From: Ophelia neglecta
Taxonomy: Eukaryota
NCBI GenBank assembly: GCA_965285935.1
Contig: OZ260663.1
Span: forward strand, 1,240,001-1,304,000
Direction of reading: 5' to 3'
Length of the DNA: 64,000 nt
In this document: in pieces, positions 1-9,900 of the stretch
Numbering within the stretch: the stretch's first letter is position 1
How the letters are laid out: every line of letters starts with the position of its first letter
Notes under the pieces: generated by a model
The model's database searches: none
Seen by the model: only the letters and a program-made list of their open reading frames with translations
Told to the model about the DNA's origin: nothing
Translations under genes and position numbers: made by a program

Positions 1-505
1 GTTAAGAATACCGATGGAAACTAGGGGTTTCACCTAACATATGTCAGACTACCGAGGGGCCCTAGCGGATTCAACCGTCAAGTTTTAGACTATCGAGGGT
101 TGATCGGTAATGTGTCAGACTACTGAGGGAGTCAAGGTAGTTCACCAGTTATGTGACAAATAATCAAAGGAGACTAGGGGGTTCACTAATTATATGTAAG
201 GCAACGGAGGGAGCAAAAGGGTTTCCCCAAACATGTGTCAGACTACCGACAGAGCCAAGATGCTTAACCATTCGTGTCAAACTACCGAAGGCCCCAAGGA
301 GGTTCACCAGTATGTGTTAGACCACAGAAGGGCACAAGGGATTTACCTGTCACGTGTCAGACTATCGAGGGTCCCAAAGGCATTAATCAATCATGTAACA
401 TGTATCAGACTGCCGAGGGAGCCTAGAGGGTTATTCAGCCATGTGTTTGTCTTCCGAGATAGCCAAGGATGTTCACCAGTCATTGTTCAGAATACCGATG
501 GAAGG
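1..505. repeat. Degenerate ~41-bp satellite (ttcaccagtcatgtgtcagactaccgagggagccaaggg-like) in an NLR intron
   Basis: agactaccgaggg-type motifs recur at ~40-41-bp spacing. Confidence 0.85.
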
Positions 506-798
506 GATGGGGTTGCAATGTGCAATTTTGATAACAATAACATGTGCTCTGTGCCAAATATCAGTCAGAACAAAGGTGTAAAAATGACCTGATCTTGGTT
601 TGTAGAGCAAAGCTATATAGGTGACCTGGACGTAAAGCTACTATATACTGATGATCAATATTGGTTGAAATGGGAATGAATTTAAATGCGCGCCTATAGT
701 AGAACAAAACGATTAACATGAAATAAGACATCAAAGTAGAATCACAGCATGTGTAAACAGTCAAAGAATATCTTAATCAGGTACTTCATTTGACTTAC

Positions 799-999
799 TC
801 GAGACGGGATATATCCGTGGAGTGTGTGACATACTGGGCCACTCCTTTGAGGTCCTCCACAGTCAGTGTCATTCCCTCGAGGTCCAGCGTCCCACCCTTT
901 CGTCTCTCTAACACACACCCGTCTAACAGAGGTACCAGACGGCCCTGGTTCTCGGGAGTTATCATCCTCATCAAACTGACACAGTACTGCTTCTCCAAC
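799..999 (-). CDS. NLR C-terminal repeat-module exon, copy 2 (67 codons, phase 2-2)
   Basis: ttacag acceptor, GA|gtaagt donor; near-identical to 2001-2219 with an in-frame 18-nt deletion. Confidence 0.8.
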
Positions 1000-3900
1000 C
1001 TGTAAGTATTGACTATGCCTACCACAAATATATATATTTGAATTCATATACGTATGACCAAGTGACACAAATATCATTATGACATTGCGTGTTTTGTGGG
1101 AGCTTTCGTTGCTTTCTTCTACCGAAGTTCTGTACTACAACCAGGATAAAAAAGTTGCATCTAAACTGAAAATAATATAATGAAGTATTGAGAGTTTTGT
1201 TTTTCATAGTCAGGCAAAAATGTCATTTGCCCCTTAACTCTATTACGCTCTTCGTGGATCACGTGTTGTTTGGTGAATATACACGTCACATGTCAATGAC
1301 GTGTTCATGACCACTTTGTTATGAATGCCAGTAATGGCGATATCTTGGGGAATTGGCAAGTGTTTGATTATAATAACAGGAAAAGACGGATTGGGGGTTT
1401 AGCGTGGCATTGATGATCAAATGCATCTTGTTGTACGAAATGAAGAGAGTTTCAGCCAGGAATGCTCTCCAAACACTACAATTATTATCAGTTTGATTGG
1501 CCAAAATTCGCGAGGAAACAATCCACAAACATTAATCCCCAGTTTCTAAAGTGTAAATAAGTAAAGAAATAAAAAAGATAACCATCACTTTCAATGTTGT
1601 CTACAGTGTTCCATGGTGAGAGTCAAAGCACAAAACAAACTAGGAACAAAAAAATAACACGCTGGTTCCGCCTGGACAACATAGAGCAATATACAATGTG
1701 GGATTTTGTGGTCCACCTCAAACGGCGGAGGGGTGTTCTGTGCCCTATAGATGCCAAATATCAGTCAGCACAAGTGAATGAAAATTATCTGATATTGGTT
1801 TGTAGAGCAAAGCTATATAGGTGACCTGGACGTAAAGCTATTATATACTGATGATCAATATTGGTTGAGAAATGGGAATGAATTGAAATGCGCGCCTATA
1901 GTAGAACAAAAAGATTAACATGAAATAAGACATCAAAGTAGAATCACAGCATGTGTAAACAATCTAACAATATGTTAAATAGGTACTTCGTTTGACTTAC
2001 TTGAGACAGGATATATCCTTGGAGTGTGTGACATACTGGGCCACTGCTTTGAGGTCCTCCATCGTCAGTGTCATGTCCTGGAGATCAAGCTTCCCACCTC
2101 GCTCTGTGTCTATGTCCTGCCCTCTCTCTAACACACACCCGTCCAATAGAGGTACCAGACGGCCCTGGTTCTCCGGAGTTATCATCCTCATCAAACTGAC
2201 ACAGTACTGCTTCTCCAATCTGAAAGTATTGACTGTGCTTATCGCAAATACAAAAATAGCACTGTCATGTAGGTTTGATGAATAAGATATATATGGAACT
2301 ATCATATTCATGTATAATTGTTCCAGACTTGAGAGAATCTAACTACCAAGGGTACAGGGTTCACTAGTCCATGTCGGACTAGGCAGAGGGATAAGGGATT
2401 TTACCAGGCATGGTTTAGACTTCCGATGGGGACATGGGGGTTCTCCAGTCATATGTCAGGCTTCCGAGCTTACTGAGGGAGACAAAGGAGTTTGCATGTT
2501 CTATGTATCACTGCCGAGGAAGCCAAAGGATTCGCCTGTTATGTGACAGACTGACAGGTAACCGAGTAAGCAAAACTGTTCACCAGCAAGGTATTAAACT
2601 ACCAAGGCACCAAAGGTATTTTTCAGTCATGTTTCATACTACCAAAGGAAGCAGTAATGTGGTAGACTACCGAGAGAGTTATGAGTTTTCACCAGTCATG
2701 GTTCTGACTACCTAGGGCAGCGTGGTTATTCACCAGTCATGTATAAGTCTATCCAAGGAGTCGGAGGAATAACCAGCATGCTACAGTTAAGCCAAGGAGG
2801 ACATTAACCAGCCATGCGTCAGTCTACTGAGGGAGCATAGGTGTTCATCAGTCATGTGTCGGTCTACCTACCCAGTCAAGAGGGTTCACCTTTCATGTGC
2901 AGCCTGCCGAGGGGTTCCTCAGTCATATGTAAGGCGATGTACTTAGGTGTTCACCAGCCTTATTTCTGACTACCATGTGAGTAATACGTGTTCACCAGTC
3001 ACGTGTTTGACTATCGAGGAAGCCAATGGTTTTCAATATTCATTAGTCGGTCAAAAGAGGGAGCTAAGAGTAAAATTTAACGGTCTACCGATTGAGCAGA
3101 ATGTATTTACCAGTCATGCGTCAGACTACCTAGAGTCGATTTTCTTCCCCATATCAAATACTTGAGACAGAGTTGCCAAAAGGCGTTGAACCTCCTTCGT
3201 GTCGTGTCTAGCATGGAGGAGAAAGTGGCGGCGGCAGCTGTCGCCCATGCCTTCGCCTCCAGGATGCGCTCCCCGATCACAGCTCCATTTTTACTGCCGA
3301 AATAACGGCCATAGATCTTGCTCTGGACCATATCATCCAGTCTAGAGACAGAAAATTTGTTATCGCCTCAGACTCAATGTCGTCCCTCCAGGCACTAGAA
3401 GGGTTAAGCTGGTCTAACCCTTTGGTTCTCTCCCGGCGAGAAACCTTAAATAAAATCCCCAAAAGAGGAAAAATGTTGTACTTGGGTGCCCAGCCACGTG
3501 GGCATCAAAGGCAACGAGGCTGCCGACAAATGTGCAATAGGGCACTGGAAGATCCCATCTTCCAATCAAAATCCCGTCTTCTGACTTCAAGAGCCCAATA
3601 AACCAGTATGGCTGGAAACAATGGCAAACCGCCTCGGACCAGGCCATAGAAAACAAACTGCACTCTGTCTGCCCCACCATACCTAAATCATTTCAACAGC
3701 CACTGGCCTCGCCGAGGGACGACTTGATCATGGCTTGTCTGCGCATCGGCCACTCTCATTTTACACACTCATCTTCTGAGAAGAGAGGACCCAACTTTTT
3801 GTGAGGGCTGCCAATGCCAGATTACCATCCAACACATTCTGTGGGAATGTAGCGATTTCGCCGAGGCTAGATACCGTTTTTATAACGTTAACAGCCTCAA

Positions 3901-6900
3901 AACATTATTCGACAAGATCTGCCCACAGCAGATCGTTGGTTTCTTGAGGTCTATAGATGTCTACTACTAAATGTAGTAGATCTTAAACGTGAAAACCATA
4001 CTTAAAGTGCGAAAGTTTATGGAACTTTTTAGTCAGAAAAACATCTGACCCACCCGCCTAGAAGATATCTTTATAAAATAGAGCACAATAACCGCTTACT
4101 TCTTACTATTATCCCCATGTTAATAAAAATAGACATTACAATAAACGATAAACTATACCCAACTTAAGACACTAAATGACCCACATGGTGTCTATGTGTC
4201 GTTAAGCCCCAAAAATCCAAATCCAATCCTAGAGTCGAAGGAGCAAATGCGGTTCCCAGTCCTGTGATATTCTATTGTGGTAGACACGGGGTTTCTAGAT
4301 GACCCAGGAGATCAAAGGGTTTCACCAGTCATGTCTCAGACCACCGAGAGTGCCATGAGAGTTCATCAGTCATGTGTTAGTCTACCGAGGAAGCCAAGGA
4401 TGTCCACCAGTCGTGTTTCAGAATACCGAGGTAAGCGTTTGGGTTGGAATTTTTGCATCATTAACAATAGGATGTGGGTGTGGCTAATAGCTCGTAAATA
4501 TCAGTCAGAACAGGGGGACAAAACGATTTGATATCTATGTATAGCAACAACTACACACTAAAATACTGCAATGTCTTAGAATGATCAATACCGCTCGTTT
4601 TAGACCTAGGGCCTTGTGCATCTACTTCAACCTGATATACTATCTTGTGTTGAAAATGCACGTGTTCAGTCACAATAAGCGTGACTGGTTCAATTTACAG
4701 AAGTAATATTATCAAGTACTATCGAGGAGACTTTACATCAATTTCCTCTAGTATTCAGGAGCAATTTTACACCTTTCTTTGGTCTTGTGTTTACTGAGAC
4801 ACTTTCGTTTGTTTTGTAACCTGACTCGAATAAAAAATAAATTGACTATTTCTTTCGGCAAGTGAAATCAATTGTTTGTTTTGAAATATTTTTTTTACAT
4901 GTTTATTTACTGATTGTGTGCTGGAGATTGATTTATTATTGTGTGTAGTGCTGTGGCAGCTGGTTCCTGATTTTGACCAATTTAATGGACTGTTCTTGAC
5001 TAATGATTGGCCTTTCTCTGCTGGGCTGGTATTAAGGTATTTAGACAATCTGGAAAAAATTGACTTTGCTCATCCTGAGTAAAAGAATGTGTATATATCG
5101 CTGTGAATATGTTGCCAAATGTACAAATATCTTTTTTGTTGTTTCTTCAGTATGTGTACCAAGAAAATTAGCGTCAGCAATTGATACAATCAAGTTACAA
5201 GCGCAGCCTAAATAAAATAACGAATCATTAGAAGGATTAATTGTTCATAATGCATTGCTAGGGTGCTCTGTAAGCACAGCTGCAAGTAAATGTCATTGTC
5301 AATGTACATGCTTCCCGGAAACATTATTACAGTTCTTGTAAACGTCACTGGAAAAGGAATAAGAAATCAGATTGACCCTAATAGTTATGTCATGTACAAG
5401 AATTAACCCGTTTCTTGTTCTTTTAATAGCCAGTGTATTCCCATGCTATAAGTTCAGGCCATATGTTAACAAATAAGCAATATGTGAACATCTGAGATGT
5501 AAGTTAAAACACGTACCTCAGGGACTTGGCCGCCATGGACCATTGGAGGCAAAAGGCCACTGCCGGCATGTGCTCCGGCAGGAGCCCCCCCGGCATGTTG
5601 GTTAAATCCAACACGCCAGATTTAATCACCAAAGGATCTATCTTCTGAACAAGTTCTATGTGGTTACCCTCTGCAGCACATCTTAGTAACTGGAGTCGTC
5701 CCAGCTTGGTGTTATCTTTTCCTTTTCTGGTGAGAGACGGTAGAAATTTAAATCTTCCTTCATACTCAAGAACCAAAGCATCAAAAAGTTGAGTCAAGCG
5801 CTTGTGGAGAGTTTTGGTTTTGATGGTGTTGTCTATCGTTTGAATCAGTTTCTGCCCTAGAGGGTTTCCCATGAGTCCGGACAGATATAAGAGAACCATA
5901 TTGAACGTGTGGGATGATGAGCGACTGGTTATCATTTTGATGTCAGCCTTTCTCCATGTAGTAGCAATTTGTAGAGCACAAAGAAACTCTTGTAAACTAA
6001 AGTGTAAGAATGCCCCAATTTTCTTCGTGGGCTCTTGAGGCATGTCCGGACCATCCGCATCAACGTCCAAAAGACCGCAAGGGAGGTCGCTTTCGTCAAT
6101 GGCATGTTTTAGCAGTGTCTGACTGTCAAATATAATCTGAGGTGAACTCTGAAGCATGCCCCAAGCAGCCAGGGACATCATTTTGAGTAATGTTTTGCAC
6201 CATACCAAGACACCTTCAAACTTATCTTTTATTCTGGTAGTTTTTTCCCCGCGCCTGTTTAAGAAAACCAGAAGAACGTAGATATAAAGTAATGTTGCAC
6301 AGTTGATGGTTTCATGTTGCTCTAGGTCCTTGGAGCTGTAACTCAGTTCATCCAATACGACTTTGCCAGTCATGATGCATCCAAGTGGCAGTGTGCAGAA
6401 CAAATACAGTTGAGGCCGATGATCTAAATACTCCAAAACTGCCTTCTGTTGATCTGCATTCCCTTTTGCTAGGGCGAGGATGCATTTTTCGATAGATTGT
6501 CTCCCGAACCCAAATATTCTGACGGTTGTGTCAAATTCATCAGGATTAATCCTGTCGATCGGCCTTGATGTAAACAAGACACGGCTCTCTCCCATTAACT
6601 CTCCGACCATTAAGCTGTGGACGAGTTCAAGGATCCCTGCATTGTGAAGTATGTTTGTGGTAGGAAGGACTTTATCAGGAGAAAATTCTAACCAGCCTGA
6701 CAACTCATCCACTCCGTCAACAAGAAGCAAAATGTCTTGCTGGTTGGAAAAGAGTTCCTGCCTTACAGTCTCCCTTTCGGCTTCGGAGACGTTCGGACCA
6801 TGTTTCAGGAGCAGATCAAGCATGCTTATTTCAGTATTCCTTTCAACCATTAGATTAAGACAACGACAAGTCAAGGTAAAAACATACCTGAACTTTGTCC

Positions 6901-9900
6901 ATAAATAGCCAAGACCCCACTGTTCACAGGAATGTTGGACCAAAGTGCTTTTGCCGGAGCCAGCTGCTCCTAGGATCAATACTCTGCGAGGATAATCTCC
7001 CTTCTTATCAGGATCGAACAGCCTTGGCATGCCTATGTAAAGCGTGTGCTGCTGCTCAAAGCCCTGCTGTACGTTCTCTTGCCCGTGGAGCAAGACGTTC
7101 CTCGGCACTAATAAGAGAGCAATGGAAAAACACGGCTTTACCAACATCCAAGCCAAATTCCTTCTGAATTTGGCGGTTAGAATGTCCAGACTGCTTTTGT
7201 TGCATTTGTTTCAGCGAGTTTTGGTAGAAACTTTCAGCAGGTTTTCCTAAAATAATGAATAAACCACATATAACAGAAATCAGTTATACTCAATCATCTT
7301 AATAATTATCGTGAAATTATTAACTCTCAAGACTTAAATAAAATAGGCAAAGATGTAACTCGACAAAAAGTCAATTAAAATAAATATTAATTGTCTAGTT
7401 ACGCCTAACGAGCATGCCAAGCATACCGATCTATTGATTTCCTATTAAACCAAAGTGAAACAAAGACAAGGAAAGGAGTATTAAAAAGCCGCATCATTAA
7501 TGAATTGCAATACTTGCCTGGCCGTTCATTGGTGTTCATGGTGCCTGGGTTCAGTCTACCACGTCTTAGCGATCTAGTATCATGCGCATGGCCGGATTCT
7601 GGCATGGAGGAGGGGAAATGAATACCTTCAGGCTGCAGTTTTGTACTGGGAGAAGCTGAGTAACATATTAAAAATAAATCATAAAGTCTCGGGATTATAG
7701 TAACCATTTGAGAGAGGACAATGTCTTATTGACAACTAAATCTCAGAAAACCATGCAATGCTCTTGCCTTGAGGACTCTTTCAACACTACTGCCTGTAGA
7801 AGGTAGATACCCATGTAGAAACATATATTCGGAGACGGAAGTGTTAAAGTAAGTAGAATCGTGTATCTCGAATCTAAACTATATATTATGACTATTTGGT
7901 AGTTCTAGCTACCAATGTGTACACCACTAGCCCGTCATGCGTTATGCCTGTAATAAGTAACACACCCGGATGTTTGTGATCAATATTAATCGGTGGTCGG
8001 TGTGTTTATAGTTACCCAACGAGACAAGCTAGTTTTCTTCGCATTCCTCAAGCTAATTCTAATCTGGTCAATATAACTATATGACACCAAGGCTTTAACT
8101 TTTACGACCTACTGCGCCAATGTGTAGATTTTAGTTTCTCTTTGCCATTTCTTTGCTCTTTGTTATAAGCATCCGTGTTCCTTGTTTAGATGTACCTACA
8201 CCATTAGCTGCTGTTTTATTATCTGTATTATTAAATATGTGAGCCATTTATGTTTATGGCCCTCTGTGGACTCTTAATGGGGCATATAAGTAATCTTAAC
8301 TTCTGCCCCAATTGCCTTGGGAATTCCACTGCTTTCATTAATTATACCTTCAGTATACTGATGTTACAATTATTATTAATTTGTTTTTGTATTATATTTT
8401 ATGTCATTTATAAGAGTGATCTAATATTCTTTTTCTTCTCGCCGAACCCTATTAATTTCATGTTATTCTACATTACTACTACTGTTAACCTTTACACTGT
8501 ACATATCCCTTTGGCAATAAACAACATCAACATAAAAACAAACGAGATATGATACGTTTACAACCGCAACAAGGGAAACCTGCTCCCAAGCCTCCACATA
8601 TGCTTCAATGATGCGGCCAATATAGGAGAAGAGTCGCCCGGAAAACGATTGGGGGGTTCTGCGGCCCAATGCCATGAGGTATATGCCTAATGACACTCCA
8701 TCGACACACGACAGTATGGGACAAAAACAATAACTAAACCCTAAAACTTTGTCATAGAACCTTTAATGATTGGCAGTACTGGGAGGCACCTAACAAACAC
8801 CACTGTATATGTGAACTGAGGTAGGGACATAATTCAGCCATACTAGACGCCAGCTTATCTTAGGCTGTGCAAACTTTGTAATGATGGTGTAAAGGACGAG
8901 AAGCATTTTCTGCTAACTTGTCGGGATCTTCATGAAAAAAGATAATTTTTCATGTCGAAATTATTGGATCTTTCGTCACCTCTTATGTACTTCTCAGACG
9001 CCGAGAAATTTACTTACCTTATGTCATCAAAGGACCTTAACATTGTGCACATTGTAGCGAGGATGGTGTTCTTGCTGCTTCAGTTGAGAGATGAGTATCT
9101 CTCCCCCGGGACAGCCAGATCCCCTTCCTTGAATTGACTTGAAAATACCTCGTGTCACCGAAATACATCGGCGTAGGCTTGGCGGGGGTTGTGTTTTAGG
9201 TGGGAGACCAACGTCTCTCGCTTGTGGCAGCGAGAGCGCTATCTTTGAATTTAATAGTGCAGGCTTATGTGTAATTCCGTAGTGATTTTGTGCCAAAATT
9301 GATTTTTTTTGACGGATTTGGGACTATTGTGAACCATATTAACTGAAAAGCTTAGGGTCCAAATTTATCGAGCCGTGGAATCCTCTTTTTCGGCCATTTT
9401 TCAAAATGGTATAATGGTACTATGTGCATGTGTGTGCCTTTGTTGCATGACGTTGTATTTGATAGATGTTCATGTGTGCTACATGCATGCTTTATATTTG
9501 AAATTTATGTTGTTTAAATTGTATGGACGTCCATAAAAACAGCCCAATATTAACGGGTGTCGTGCTTGTGTGTGTAAATGCGACAATTGTATTTTTAGAA
9601 TGTACATTATAAGTCAGTGATGACTTCAATAAATCATAAAATCTAAACCTAAACCTATAAAATACATGTGTGTAAAATGTGTTAATTGTCAGTGGTACGG
9701 ATTTGTAAAAATTGTGGATTATTGGATTAATGGAATTAACACTAACGCCACTGAGCCTGGGTGTGAAATGTGTAGCTATGTCTAGAGAACTTTTCTTCAT
9801 TATACAACCTGTGTGTAACTGTTTGTGTGTTCTGTCTTCTTCTGATGCAATGTGTCCTTTCAGTCATGCATTTCGTGAAGATGGTTACAAATATTTATAT

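Noticed and set aside
1-4432. 41-bp array as a CRISPR-like repeat-spacer locus
   Set aside because: Units are degenerate along their whole length with no constant repeat and unique spacer; there are no cas genes and the context is a eukaryotic intron.
7768-7793. Extra NLR micro-exon (ctacag acceptor, AAG|gcaaga donor)
   Set aside because: 26 nt would break the phase-1 chain and the donor is weak.
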